Of a DNA stretch of 64,000 bases, positions 16,276-26,699 are shown in pieces. The stretch's first letter is position 1, and each line of letters begins with the position of its first letter. Origin of the DNA: a virus. A model generated the notes under the pieces. That model saw nothing but the letters and a program-made list of their open reading frames with translations, did not search any database and was not told where the DNA came from. Both the position numbers and the translations under genes were made by a program. The DNA lies in the IMG/VR virus record IMGVR_UViG_3300045988_147330, positions 35,470 through 99,469 of that record, one strand, 5' to 3'.

Positions 16276-17075
16276 TGGAAGCAGAAGAAAAAGAAAAATT
16301 ATGGCTTATGAAGAGGTGTGGTAAAATCACCTCTTCCGCCATTGGAAAACTTATGGTTTCTGGGAGAAGGGAAATGACACCTTCCGAACTAGAGGTTGCA
16401 AAAAAACAGGGTGTAAAGAGAAAGACAGTTGATGTTCCTTTCGGAGATACAGCTATCTCTTATCTTTATCAGGTTGCAAGGGAGAGAAGGTTAAACAAAC
16501 CATGCCGACATATATCCACTTCTGATATGGAGTGGGGAAAGGATCATGAAAAAGACGCTATAGAATGTTTTAACCATAACACGTTCTCCAGACTAATGTC
16601 CTGTGCGGATGATTTTGACGAAATTGTTTTTGTCGATAATATCTATGATGGATATGGCGATTCTCCCGATGGATATGGATTTGATGTCAATGGTAAATTA
16701 TCTTATATAGCAGAAGTGAAATGCTTTACTTCTGAAAGTAAGATTGAATATTTGAGAGAAGCAACAAAGGAACAGGCGATAGAGGAATACTATTGGCAGC
16801 TAATGTCGCATTTCCTTTCCCATCCCGATGTGGATAAAATGTATTATATCGTATATGACGGCAAGTCAGATGATGATCCGTTTGATTTACGCCCAGTTAA
16901 CGATCCGTCAAGGCTTTTGTATTGGGAACTTGACAGAAGCGATTATAAAGATGATATAGACAGGATGGAGGATAAGTTACAAATGGCTCTAGCTTATCTT
17001 TCACTCAACGAACGTGATGCAAAAAAATACCCAATAAGAAAAGTAAATGACTTTGTTGGTGTTTCAAATACGTAA
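16275..17075 (+). CDS. YqaJ/lambda-exonuclease-like PD-(D/E)XK recombination nuclease
   Basis: GKITSSAIGKLM near the N-terminus; GDSPDGYG...YIAEVKCFTS (D...EVK catalytic pattern). Confidence 0.65.
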   Translation: MEAEEKEKLWLMKRCGKITSSAIGKLMVSGRREMTPSELEVAKKQGVKRKTVDVPFGDTAISYLYQVARERRLNKPCRHISTSDMEWGKDHEKDAIECFNHNTFSRLMSCADDFDEIVFVDNIYDGYGDSPDGYGFDVNGKLSYIAEVKCFTSESKIEYLREATKEQAIEEYYWQLMSHFLSHPDVDKMYYIVYDGKSDDDPFDLRPVNDPSRLLYWELDRSDYKDDIDRMEDKLQMALAYLSLNERDAKKYPIRKVNDFVGVSNT

Positions 17076-17111
17076 CGGGTAATTGCGGAGTTACCACAAA
17101 AAGTTAATAAT

Positions 17112-17897
17112 ATGTCAACAAATATAACATTATCTAAAGAAAGTAGTGAAAGCGAAATTAAGGCGTATTTCAATGAAATATTAAAGCTATCACAATCAGA
17201 TAACGAATTTCCAGTAAATTTTGATGATGTATGGATGCTTGTTTATCAAGACAAGCATAAAGCAGTAAACGAACTTAAAGAAAAGTTTATTGAAAGTGTT
17301 GATTATCAGGCAATCACCCAAAAAGTAAAATGCCAAAATGGAATCGGTTATTCAAGAAGAATTGATTATCATATTACTGTTCCTTGTCTTGAATTTTTTA
17401 TTGCAAGAAAAGTAAGATCAGTATTTGAGGTTTACCGACAAGTATTCCATCATACCGTTAATAAGATTATAGAGAATAAGTCAATTGATAATCAACCAAC
17501 CATATCGGATAAAATGAATGCAGCTACATGGGCGGCAAAGTTCTTGAACTTAAATGATAATTCAAAGTTGATTATCGCAAAACAGATACTTGACCCATTA
17601 AATATATCTCTTCCAGATTATACATCATCGAAAGGGATATTAAAGTCTGCCTCTGAGTTGTTATCTGAAAAAGGAATTAAAATTTCCGCACAGGCATTTA
17701 ACAAGGCAGCTATTGAAAAAGGATACCTATGCGAATTGAGCCGAAATTCTTCACACGGTAAGAAAAAACGATTCAAATCAATCACGGAAAAAGGTCTTTC
17801 TTATGGGGAAAACCAAGTAAGCCCGAATAATCCTAAAGAAACACAACCGTTGTGGTATGAGGATAAGTTTGAAGATTTATTGTCTAAATTGTTATGA
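17112..17897 (+). CDS. antirepressor-like protein (KilAC-type C-terminal domain)
   Basis: FPVNFDDVW N-terminal region and a C-terminal segment typical of phage antirepressors. Confidence 0.45.
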   Translation: MSTNITLSKESSESEIKAYFNEILKLSQSDNEFPVNFDDVWMLVYQDKHKAVNELKEKFIESVDYQAITQKVKCQNGIGYSRRIDYHITVPCLEFFIARKVRSVFEVYRQVFHHTVNKIIENKSIDNQPTISDKMNAATWAAKFLNLNDNSKLIIAKQILDPLNISLPDYTSSKGILKSASELLSEKGIKISAQAFNKAAIEKGYLCELSRNSSHGKKKRFKSITEKGLSYGENQVSPNNPKETQPLWYEDKFEDLLSKLL

Positions 17898-18199
17898 TTA
17901 CATTTATCAAACACAACAAACCTAATCATGGGGACGAAATAATCGTCCCTTATCTTGCTATAGAGAACAATATCAATTTTATTATGCTCAATGGTGGTGT
18001 AGGTGATGTTGAACTTATGGATGGTACAAGGTGTAAGTCCATAGAATGCACTCCTATTAAATTTGACAATGCAGGAGATGATATATATCGTATATATGGC
18101 ATAGGGAAAGAAGCGTGGAAAATGGCATGGCTGAAAAGAGTACATGCCATGAGTGATGAAATTGTAAAACTAAAGTTAGATTTCAATGCCAGCAATTAG
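17894..18199 (+). CDS. hypothetical protein
   Basis: 101-aa ORF, ATGA overlap. Confidence 0.5.
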   Translation: MITFIKHNKPNHGDEIIVPYLAIENNINFIMLNGGVGDVELMDGTRCKSIECTPIKFDNAGDDIYRIYGIGKEAWKMAWLKRVHAMSDEIVKLKLDFNASN

Positions 18200-18569
18200 C
18201 GAATTATGGATAGATTATCCAATATCTTACCGTGACGAAAAAGGAAGGTTCGTCAAAGGTCATAATTATGGATTCAAGAAAGGAAGGAAAGTATCGGATG
18301 AGGAACGTGAAAAGAAAAGAGTTATTATGAAGGAACTCATAAAGAAACGAAAGGAAAACGGTTCTTATCTCGGTCATAGAAACAATAAAAGGGCTGTCAT
18401 TGCGATAGAGGATGGTACGAACAGATTCCTATGCTTTGAAGCCTGTTGTGACTGTGAGAGGAAATTAGGTATGCCACAACGCTCATGCAGTTCTTTCTGT
18501 AAGGGGAAAAACGGGCATAGATGGAGAAACTTTAAATTGTTTTACGAAGATGAATACGGATTACGTTGA
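18186..18569 (+). CDS. hypothetical basic/Cys-rich protein
   Basis: 127-aa ORF; GRFVKGHNYGFKKGRKVSDEEREKK is faintly NUMOD3-like. Confidence 0.45.
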   Translation: MPAISELWIDYPISYRDEKGRFVKGHNYGFKKGRKVSDEEREKKRVIMKELIKKRKENGSYLGHRNNKRAVIAIEDGTNRFLCFEACCDCERKLGMPQRSCSSFCKGKNGHRWRNFKLFYEDEYGLR

Positions 18570-18900
18570 CGAATTTGAAAACTACGACAGGAAGTTAATC
18601 AAACTAAATAGTGACACTGCCATTTTGCTGCACATATTCAAGAAAAAACCGAACCACCACTTCGAGGATTGGATGGTTCTTCAAGACAATGAGGAATACT
18701 TCAAAAAGGAATGTGTTCCTGATTACGAAGATGCCGCCAGGCAGTTTATCAAGCAGTTTGAAGGAGAAGAGTGCATGGCTTTTGTGATTGCATTGAAAAA
18801 CGAACTTGAAAGAATGATACAAGAAGATGAGTACAAACGAAATCAAGCTAAGGGATTACCAGGAGGTGGGGATAACCCGTCTGAGAAATTCCCTGACTAA
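18550..18900 (+). CDS. hypothetical protein
   Basis: 116-aa ORF; 74-nt overlap with the helicase start. Confidence 0.45.
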   Translation: MNTDYVDEFENYDRKLIKLNSDTAILLHIFKKKPNHHFEDWMVLQDNEEYFKKECVPDYEDAARQFIKQFEGEECMAFVIALKNELERMIQEDEYKRNQAKGLPGGGDNPSEKFPD

Positions 18901-21229
18901 TCATAAGCATGTCATATTTTCAGCCTGTGTAAGTTACGGCAAAACGGTCATAATGAGTTTTATGGCTAAAGGTGCTGTTGAAAAGGGGAATAAGGTGCTT
19001 ATCGTATCCCACAGATCTGAACTTATGACACAGACAGGGGGAACGTTGGAAAGAGTTGGCATACAGGCTGAATACATCTCTCCTAAACACAGGAACATAC
19101 CTAAAGGTCTAGTAGTATCCGCAATGGCTCAAACTCTCCGTAGAAGGCTCGAAAAACCCGAATGGGTTGAATGGATTAAGAGTGTAAAATTAGTTCAGAT
19201 TGACGAGTGTTTTCGTGGAGATGTAGAAATATTAACAGATAAAGGATATGTAAGATTTGATTCTTTGCAAGGTAACGAAAGGGTTGCACAATATACAGAT
19301 AATGGCAACATTGAATTTGTAAAGCCATTGCGATTTATAAAACGCTACCATGAAGGAGAAATGTGTAAATTAACACTGTATAGAGGGAAATATGTATATA
19401 TGACTCCTAACCACAATCAGATATATAAAATAAAAGGGAAAGAAGGTATATATTCTGATTGTGTAAAAAATATAAAATTTAATATCCTTAAATATATACC
19501 TATTAATGGGAAAGGATGTGGATATAATGATTTATTAACTGATTTAGAAAGATTATTCATAGCCATACAGGCTGATGGTACATTTCAACATGAATGTATT
19601 GAATACGACAGTTATTCAATAAAACTTACAAGACCTAAAAAAATAAATCATTTTTTAGATATATCTAAAAACATAGAATGCAGGGAAATAAAATGTAATA
19701 GAAAAAACACACGTAGATGGATGTGCAAAATACCAAAAGGAAATGCAAAACTTCTATCTACTCATTTTTCTATAGAAATGGGGTATGACAGGGCTGTTGA
19801 TTTTATAAATGAAGTTGTAAAATGGGATGGGAGCGTTATAAGTGATAATTTATTTTATTATTCTTCTGTTGTGAAAGAAAATGCTGATTTTGTATCATCA
19901 GTAGCGGTTCAAGCTGGATATAGAGCATACATTATTGTTGAAAAGGATAATAGAAAATCCCATTATAAAGATGTGTATAGAGTGTTTATGCACAAAACAA
20001 GTTATATAAATGGGCAAAATATCAAAAAAGAATATGTTGAATATAATGGGTATGTATATTGTGTTGAAGTACCATCCCATAATATAGTTGTGCGTGCGAA
20101 TGAAAGTTTTACATTCATATCAGGTAATTGTCATACCTCTGACGCGGACTTTCTCTTTGAATCCGGTTTGCTTGATGATAAGTATGTAGTAGGTCTTACA
20201 GGAACCCCGATGAGAAGTGGGAACCAAAGGCAGCTTGGTATGAACTATGAAGAGATTGTAGAAACCGCTCAGATACAGGATATGATGGAGCGGGGAAACA
20301 TAACCAAGTTGAGGACGTTTACAGTTGATGCACCCGACTTGTCTAAGGTTAATACCGATTATCGTACAGGTGACTTCGATAGCAGGCAGATGGGGGCGGT
20401 ATTCAATAAGTCTGTACAGTACAAGGGGGTAATTGAAAACTATATGCGCATTTGCCCGATGAAGAAAGCAATTTGTTTTGATGCCACACAGGCAAATGCG
20501 ATAAGAATGTGTTCCGAGTTTAATGAAGCTGGTATTCCTGCAAAATTTCTCATATCAGGCATAGATAAGAACAAGCTAGATGAGTTGGAATTATATGAGA
20601 AATATAAGCATTTTACAGGAAACAGGGAGCAGCTTATTAAGGATTTCCATGACGGTAAATTCACTGTTATATGCAATAGTGGCATATTGTCTACAGGATA
20701 CGATGAAACAAGTATAGAAGTCTGTATATTAAACCGTGCTACTCAATCCGTTCAGTTCTATATTCAAGCAACAGGTAGGGCAATCCGGCTTCATCCTGGT
20801 AAAACGGAAGCATTTCTTCTTGACTTCGGTGGTAACATATCACGGCTTGGTAAGTTTGAGAAAGAACGTAAATGGGCTTTATGGCATAATAAGGGAAAAT
20901 GTGAGGGAATACAAGGGGTAAAAGAATGTAAACAGTGCGGTAAATATATTGCTATAACCGCTTCGGAATGTCCTTTTTGCGGATATGTATATCCAACCGA
21001 GAAAGAAATCAGGATGGCAGAGTTGCAGGAACTAGTAGGAGATTTAAAATTCGAGCAAATGACACCTACGCAATTTTTCCAATATGCGGAACTTAAAGGA
21101 TATAATGTTTATTGGGCGATCCGGCAGTTGTATATCAGAAATACGGAATCTGATTTTCGTAAAGCCATGAAAGAATGCGGATATTCTAGCAAGTTTATAT
21201 GGGGATATATCCAGAGAAACAAAAAATAA
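18827..21229 (+). CDS. SF2 DEAH-box DNA helicase interrupted by an intein
   Basis: LRDYQ; Walker A SYGKT; DE-C[intein]C-H restores DECH; LTGTP; QATGRAIR; C-terminal CxxC...CxxC zinc ribbon. Confidence 0.85.
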   Translation: MSTNEIKLRDYQEVGITRLRNSLTNHKHVIFSACVSYGKTVIMSFMAKGAVEKGNKVLIVSHRSELMTQTGGTLERVGIQAEYISPKHRNIPKGLVVSAMAQTLRRRLEKPEWVEWIKSVKLVQIDECFRGDVEILTDKGYVRFDSLQGNERVAQYTDNGNIEFVKPLRFIKRYHEGEMCKLTLYRGKYVYMTPNHNQIYKIKGKEGIYSDCVKNIKFNILKYIPINGKGCGYNDLLTDLERLFIAIQADGTFQHECIEYDSYSIKLTRPKKINHFLDISKNIECREIKCNRKNTRRWMCKIPKGNAKLLSTHFSIEMGYDRAVDFINEVVKWDGSVISDNLFYYSSVVKENADFVSSVAVQAGYRAYIIVEKDNRKSHYKDVYRVFMHKTSYINGQNIKKEYVEYNGYVYCVEVPSHNIVVRANESFTFISGNCHTSDADFLFESGLLDDKYVVGLTGTPMRSGNQRQLGMNYEEIVETAQIQDMMERGNITKLRTFTVDAPDLSKVNTDYRTGDFDSRQMGAVFNKSVQYKGVIENYMRICPMKKAICFDATQANAIRMCSEFNEAGIPAKFLISGIDKNKLDELELYEKYKHFTGNREQLIKDFHDGKFTVICNSGILSTGYDETSIEVCILNRATQSVQFYIQATGRAIRLHPGKTEAFLLDFGGNISRLGKFEKERKWALWHNKGKCEGIQGVKECKQCGKYIAITASECPFCGYVYPTEKEIRMAELQELVGDLKFEQMTPTQFFQYAELKGYNVYWAIRQLYIRNTESDFRKAMKECGYSSKFIWGYIQRNKK
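19208..20128 (+). mobile_element. intein (307 aa) with LAGLIDADG homing-endonuclease core
   Basis: Starts CFRGDVEILTDKG; block B TPNH; LERLFIAIQADGTF and FINEVVKWDGSV (two LAGLIDADG motifs); ends ...FISGN followed by +1 Cys. Confidence 0.75.
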
Positions 21230-21236
21230 CATTATT

Positions 21237-21244
21237 TACATTTG
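21237..21244 (+). promoter_or_regulatory. -7 promoter motif TACATTTG
   Basis: TAnnTTTG 41 nt upstream of ATG 21285; a second match TACTTTTG lies at 21273-21280. Confidence 0.35.
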
Positions 21245-21284
21245 CAAAATATTTTTGTGAAATAAATATATCTACTTTTGCGTT

Positions 21285-22013
21285 ATGAAAAATAACATTA
21301 ATCCTTGGGAAGTGTTTGATGAGATTGAATGTTCCCATAATCCTGAATATATTGTTTGTGTGTCACATCTTAGACATTACACGAATATTTTTGGCATAGA
21401 CAAAAGGCTTGTAGACTTTCTTGGAATGGAAAAGAATACAATATTAGATATCGAAACATTTTGTTTTGGCGGAATGGATGTTTTCGGAATAAAAGAAGAT
21501 TGTGTATCTGTAATAGAAGATTGTAAAAGACAAAGGGAAGCAAAGAAAGAAGCCTTGGAGAAAAACAGGAAATTGATAGCCATGCTAAAATTGAAACGTG
21601 AAAATATGTGCGGCATAGGTACAAGAAAGGTGAAATTACTGCTTAATAAAAAGATAAAACAAGGAGATTTTACAGCTAAAATTTACCGTGTTGCATTGGA
21701 ATTACAAGATTATAATATAAAGGCTAAAGGTGCTCCGTTTCCTTACTCGGAAAAGATGTATGCAAAGAAAGAAGATTTGATTGATAAACTTATCGAATTA
21801 TACAAAAATATACAACTACCTTTTGGTCGTTCAGAGGATAAAAATAAAAGAGTTTCTTTTATCGTATATTTTGATCTTCCTTTAGGTAATCAAATTAGTT
21901 TTCATTCTACAATAAAAAGAGATATACCTCTATACGGGAAAGAGTGGGATGGATTGGTAAACAGTACATTGGACAAGTTAGAAAAAGAAATAAAACAATA
22001 CTTAAACATTTAA
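21285..22013 (+). CDS. hypothetical protein
   Basis: 242-aa ORF. Confidence 0.6.
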   Translation: MKNNINPWEVFDEIECSHNPEYIVCVSHLRHYTNIFGIDKRLVDFLGMEKNTILDIETFCFGGMDVFGIKEDCVSVIEDCKRQREAKKEALEKNRKLIAMLKLKRENMCGIGTRKVKLLLNKKIKQGDFTAKIYRVALELQDYNIKAKGAPFPYSEKMYAKKEDLIDKLIELYKNIQLPFGRSEDKNKRVSFIVYFDLPLGNQISFHSTIKRDIPLYGKEWDGLVNSTLDKLEKEIKQYLNI

Positions 22014-22015
22014 TC

Positions 22016-22939
22016 ATGGGAAAGAATTTACTTAATAACGATGGTAAAATTGCCTTGTTTCACGAAACGATAAGGCTTGACTTTAATCTGCCTAAATACT
22101 CCGTTATAGAGCAGAAAGATCCTAATCCAAGTGTAATGTCTTATGATTTTCTTAAACAGTACATGGAAAACAATGATAAGGAAGGAGTCGCGGAATTTAA
22201 TCTTACCGTTTCACCGACAATGCTTGATTCTGTAAAAACAAACCAGGAGCACAATCAGGTAAGAACCTCTCTTTTTGACAGAAAACACAAGGAAAGTTCA
22301 TGGTTGAAAAAAGTTAAGGATTATGTAGACGAATACAGAAGATCCAAGTTTGACGTAATACATTTCTTTTCTGAGGTTAAGATACAGACAGAGAACGAGA
22401 TGAAGCAATACAGGGATAGGATAAAAGACTATATACTGATGCTAGGTTATGCTGAAAGGTCCGGTCAATATGCCTTAAAAGAAAAGCTATTCCGAAACAT
22501 GGTGATATGCAAATACGAAAGCATATTGTTTAGCAAAGGATTATACAAGGCTATATCAGAGGAAAATATTATGAAGTTTGCAAAAGGATGCCCGAAAAAT
22601 CTATGCCTTGATTATATTTCTGACTATACTAGAATCATACCGTTTGACATAATTAGGAAAAAGACGGATATAGACAAATATGAAATCTTTGATAATTATG
22701 TTATCCTACACTACGATTTTGATAACAACGGAACAGATTTACCGTCTGACAAGAAAAAAGAAGAGGTGGAAAAAAGAAAAGACCCTATTCTGTTTGGTGT
22801 TATTGCAGGAAGTAACAAACTATACTTTATAGGTGATTGGATTGATGAGTATTGCGATTTGAGGTTCGATGATGTGGTAAAACAATGCACGGACGATTTC
22901 TTGTCAGAAAACATTTCTTTGGATGGTCTTGCAAAATAG
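22016..22939 (+). CDS. hypothetical protein
   Basis: ORF 21944..22939 trimmed to ATG 22016 (MGKNLLN), directly after the previous stop. Confidence 0.6.
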   Translation: MGKNLLNNDGKIALFHETIRLDFNLPKYSVIEQKDPNPSVMSYDFLKQYMENNDKEGVAEFNLTVSPTMLDSVKTNQEHNQVRTSLFDRKHKESSWLKKVKDYVDEYRRSKFDVIHFFSEVKIQTENEMKQYRDRIKDYILMLGYAERSGQYALKEKLFRNMVICKYESILFSKGLYKAISEENIMKFAKGCPKNLCLDYISDYTRIIPFDIIRKKTDIDKYEIFDNYVILHYDFDNNGTDLPSDKKKEEVEKRKDPILFGVIAGSNKLYFIGDWIDEYCDLRFDDVVKQCTDDFLSENISLDGLAK

Positions 22940-23132
22940 CAATACAAAGCCTTGCAGAAACGGAGAGTATTGCTGCTGTCGCTGCAAGCATAGATACACG
23001 GTTATTGTAGATGGTTTGTTTGTTGGATATGTCTGCTATATTCCTTGGTTTGAAAAAAACGTTGCCATGAAGATAAGAAACAGCGGACATGATATGTGTG
23101 AAGGATTTGAGATGGTTGATAACAAACTTTAA
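22923..23132 (+). CDS. hypothetical Cys-rich protein
   Basis: 69-aa ORF. Confidence 0.4.
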   Translation: MVLQNSNTKPCRNGEYCCCRCKHRYTVIVDGLFVGYVCYIPWFEKNVAMKIRNSGHDMCEGFEMVDNKL

Positions 23133-23195
23133 CCTTTTATTCTTCTCACATATCCCATTTCGTGATACCTTTGCCAAATACAATTTTTTTTTATC

Positions 23196-23669
23196 ATGGC
23201 TGAGGAGAAACGATCTGCGGAAGAAAAGAAAATGCAGAAAGATATAGTAGTTAGTTACAGGAACGAGAAAGAAGGTAAAGGATGCAGGGGATTGCTTGTG
23301 GCATTTTTTTCCGAACTTCTTCATCCTGCTGTAAGCGGTAACAAGTCGGCTGAATTTCGTGCCCTTGGAGCCAAGAAAAGTATGCCTGATCTTGCTTATA
23401 TACATGATGGAAAGATATATGGCATAGAGCTTAAGATGCCAGACAGTAATCATGACAGGAATCATATAATAGAACAGGCTGACGTGATGGCTACATACTT
23501 CTTTAGAGGATATTTTGTGTGGTCAAAAGAAATGCTATGGAATATACTTGATTCTATAGAACGTGGTCAACCTATAATGTCAAATACTCTACAAATAAAG
23601 GACTATTGTATGCATAACAGCACTACAAAAGTAAGTTTTGAAAAAATAATTAAAGAGCTGTTTCAATGA
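23196..23669 (+). CDS. hypothetical protein, possibly VRR-NUC-like nuclease
   Basis: MPDLAYIHDGKIYGIELKMPD...Q pattern loosely resembles VRR-NUC (D...ExK). Confidence 0.35.
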   Translation: MAEEKRSAEEKKMQKDIVVSYRNEKEGKGCRGLLVAFFSELLHPAVSGNKSAEFRALGAKKSMPDLAYIHDGKIYGIELKMPDSNHDRNHIIEQADVMATYFFRGYFVWSKEMLWNILDSIERGQPIMSNTLQIKDYCMHNSTTKVSFEKIIKELFQ

Positions 23670-23980
23670 AAGTTATATATAACAAAATTATTCCATTCAA
23701 GGGGTACAAGTGTATAAATTTGTTTGGAGTTCTTTTCGTAAGAAAAGGATGTACGATGAGTGAAAGCGATTACAATCACGAAGCGATTCATACAAAACAA
23801 ATGAAAGAGCTTTTGTATGTTCCGTTTTACATTTTGTATCTTTTGGAATGGCTGTACAGGCTTACACAAAAAGGTAATGCGTATAGAAACATATCGTTTG
23901 AGAAGGAAGCCTATAATAACGAGAACGATATGGATTACATTGATAAAAGAGGACATTTTTCTTGGATTGAATACATTTGA
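23666..23980 (+). CDS. hypothetical protein with HExxH motif
   Basis: 104-aa ORF, NHEAIHTKQ; ATGA overlap. Confidence 0.45.
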   Translation: MKVIYNKIIPFKGYKCINLFGVLFVRKGCTMSESDYNHEAIHTKQMKELLYVPFYILYLLEWLYRLTQKGNAYRNISFEKEAYNNENDMDYIDKRGHFSWIEYI

Positions 23981-25155
23981 ATTTTACATTTATGAATAAG
24001 ATAGTTTTTGATAGAAAAGTTTTATATTCAACGTTAAACTCAGCCAAAGCCTGTCTTTCCGATACAGGCTTGACGATATTGAAATGTTTCCGTTTTAAAT
24101 ATGTAGCATCAGAAAATTCAATAGAGGTTACTTCATACAATAACCTTAATGAGATGCGTTTGATCATTCCAGTTGTTGATTCAGACTGCAATGACGGGCA
24201 GGAGTTTGCAGTAGACGGAATAAGACTTGTAAAGCTGCTCAAAACAGTAAAGGATTCCATTGTTACGGTAAAGATATATGATAAGGATATAATATTCTCT
24301 TACAATGGCAGTGAAGCGTCTTTCTTTGCAGAAGATGTGGAATCTTATCCTGATATTAAAATAGGTAAGCGTGGTACCGGGATAAGGGTCAACGTGAACA
24401 GGAATGATCTGTATAGAGCATTAAAAAGGAACATAGGATTTAATGATATCAGTGACGTTGTGACCAGTCTTAGTGGAGTGGGGATAAATTTTATTTGTTC
24501 CAATAATTGCATTGATATATGTTCGTCCGATAAGATTGTATTTGTAAGAGATGTTATAGAATGTCAGCCGGATATATCAAAGGACTTGTGCATAAATGTA
24601 ATGCCTACTTCGGTAAAGGAAGCGTTATCCTTTCTTGAAATGTTGTCAGAAGAAAATGTAACTGTTTCTGTATCTGATGATGAAAGGGTGATGTCTATAT
24701 CTTATGGGGATTTCGGGTCTGTCTTTAATTGTACTCTGATGGAGGTTAAGTTTGTAAACTACCTGCCATTGGTAAATAATATAAAATCAAACTTTAATTA
24801 CTTTATTAAAGCAAGAACTAGCGACTTGATAGATTCCCTTTCAAGAATAAAGGTAATGTCAGATGTATATAACATATCACATTTTGTTTGCAGGGAGGGA
24901 GATAATAAAATGGATATAACATACACAAATGATGCAGGATATAAAATATCGGAAAATGTCGGAATTGAAGGATATTGTCAAGGGCGTTTTGATTGCAATC
25001 TGAATATTGAAAAGATGATTAACGCATTGAAGGTATTTCCTGGGGATTATGTTACATTGGCATATACCAATCCTGATAATAATGCTCCTATATGTATCAT
25101 TAACGAAGAGGGAGATTATAAATTAATGGGCGTAGTAAACATTTTTAAGAGTTGA
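23977..25155 (+). CDS. DNA polymerase sliding-clamp (beta, DnaN-like) protein
   Basis: 392 aa. The N-terminal pattern (F..KVLYSTLNSAKACLS...ILKCFRF...IEVTSYN...DG.EFAVDGIRLVKLLKTV...FFAEDVESYPDI) parallels DnaN domain I. Confidence 0.5.
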   Translation: MNFTFMNKIVFDRKVLYSTLNSAKACLSDTGLTILKCFRFKYVASENSIEVTSYNNLNEMRLIIPVVDSDCNDGQEFAVDGIRLVKLLKTVKDSIVTVKIYDKDIIFSYNGSEASFFAEDVESYPDIKIGKRGTGIRVNVNRNDLYRALKRNIGFNDISDVVTSLSGVGINFICSNNCIDICSSDKIVFVRDVIECQPDISKDLCINVMPTSVKEALSFLEMLSEENVTVSVSDDERVMSISYGDFGSVFNCTLMEVKFVNYLPLVNNIKSNFNYFIKARTSDLIDSLSRIKVMSDVYNISHFVCREGDNKMDITYTNDAGYKISENVGIEGYCQGRFDCNLNIEKMINALKVFPGDYVTLAYTNPDNNAPICIINEEGDYKLMGVVNIFKS

Positions 25156-25191
25156 TAACTATCGTTTAACCTATCGAATATACCGTTTTAT

Positions 25192-25199
25192 TATTTTTG
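25192..25199 (+). promoter_or_regulatory. -7 promoter motif TATTTTTG
   Basis: TAnnTTTG 20 nt upstream of the integrase ATG. Confidence 0.4.
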
Positions 25200-25218
25200 C
25201 AACAAAAACATATAAGAC

Positions 25219-26298
25219 ATGGAAGATAAAGAAAAAACAATTCAGATTCTCGCTGAAACAATAGATAGGTTAAACAAGACGATAGAATCACAGAACAGGT
25301 TGATTGAGGATTTAAAAAACAGGCTTGAAACAATTCAGAACGAATATAGCCCTTCAATTATGACTGTAGGCGTATTGATAGAAAAGTTGAATAATACAAA
25401 AACAAGAAGCGGAAAGGTAAGATATGAAGCATTATCTAAACATATTATGCCATATCTTACCAATAATAGTTATGATGAATATGATTTTAATGATGTAATT
25501 CCTACTTTTAAGGAAATACCTTCTTTAGAAAGACCTGTTAGTCGTGATATGATAGATGATATGGTAAATGTAATTAAGTCAAAAAGGCGTGTAAGTGAAT
25601 CATCTCAGAAATCATATCTATTAATGCTTAAACGTATATTCTCAGAATCAAAAGATATGAGCGAATACATCAATGATTATATTGTATCACTTAACGTTAA
25701 ATCTCCATCAAATATATCCCTTACAGAAGAAGAAATAGAACTTTTCTGGAATGTAGAACCATTTGATGTTACAGAAGAAATGGTAAAAAAATTATTTCTT
25801 ATTCAATGCTACACAGCTATGAGATATTCTGATATTTTCAGATTGAAGGATTCTATGATGAATAATAATGATAATGTTATTTCATATATATCTAAGAAAA
25901 CTGGGAAAGTTGTAGAAGTACCTGTTCCGTCTAAAATAATTGAAATGATAAAGGAAGTAAGATCATTTGATAAATACAATATAGAATCAACCTTAAAGAC
26001 TACTATGAATGAAATACTTCCAACATTAGGATGTAGGGCTGGTATAAATAATCAGGTGTTTGTAAGAAGAGCTAACGTTCTTATGAAAGGTCCTAAATAT
26101 CAGTTTATAAAAACACATACAGGACGTAGAACTGCTATTACAAGATGGGCTAATATGGGAATACCAGAGGCCGAATTAAAATCTATGGCTGGGCATTCTG
26201 ATATTAGGACCACAAATAGATATATTACTGCAAGTATATCAAATAAAACAAAGAAAATTTTAACAGATGATATATATGAAACAGGTATTGTCGATTGA
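25219..26298 (+). CDS. tyrosine recombinase / phage integrase
   Basis: HTGRRTAITRWANMGIPEAELKSMAGHSDIRTTNRYI (HxxR ... GH ... Y catalytic C-terminus). Confidence 0.9.
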   Translation: MEDKEKTIQILAETIDRLNKTIESQNRLIEDLKNRLETIQNEYSPSIMTVGVLIEKLNNTKTRSGKVRYEALSKHIMPYLTNNSYDEYDFNDVIPTFKEIPSLERPVSRDMIDDMVNVIKSKRRVSESSQKSYLLMLKRIFSESKDMSEYINDYIVSLNVKSPSNISLTEEEIELFWNVEPFDVTEEMVKKLFLIQCYTAMRYSDIFRLKDSMMNNNDNVISYISKKTGKVVEVPVPSKIIEMIKEVRSFDKYNIESTLKTTMNEILPTLGCRAGINNQVFVRRANVLMKGPKYQFIKTHTGRRTAITRWANMGIPEAELKSMAGHSDIRTTNRYITASISNKTKKILTDDIYETGIVD

Positions 26299-26665
26299 AC
26301 AGATGAAGAATTTGGGGGATCTTGGTATAGATACAAGCAATGCAAGTATGACATGGATGTTGTATCCTTATGAAGAAGAAAAACAACCCAAATTAAGTTT
26401 ACGTGAATGGAATACTTTCAAGGAACCATTTAGGATACAACATTGTATCCCTGCATTTACTTTGCTTGACGTTTTAGAATTGTTACCGAAAGAAATAAAA
26501 ACAGGTACAAATAATTATTGGCTTGTAATGTCCCATGATAGCGAAAAATGGTATGTATGCTACTCGGAGTTTGACTACTATAAAGAATTTAGGTCTCATT
26601 CATTAATTGATGCGGCATACGATATGTTGTGTTGGTGTATCATAAATAAATTTATTAAGAAATAA
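26276..26665 (+). CDS. hypothetical protein (paralog of 795..1253)
   Basis: See 795..1253; start set at MKQVLSIEQ. Confidence 0.6.
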   Translation: MKQVLSIEQMKNLGDLGIDTSNASMTWMLYPYEEEKQPKLSLREWNTFKEPFRIQHCIPAFTLLDVLELLPKEIKTGTNNYWLVMSHDSEKWYVCYSEFDYYKEFRSHSLIDAAYDMLCWCIINKFIKK

Positions 26666-26699
26666 TTTTACACATATTATTATCTTAAAACTAGCTAAC

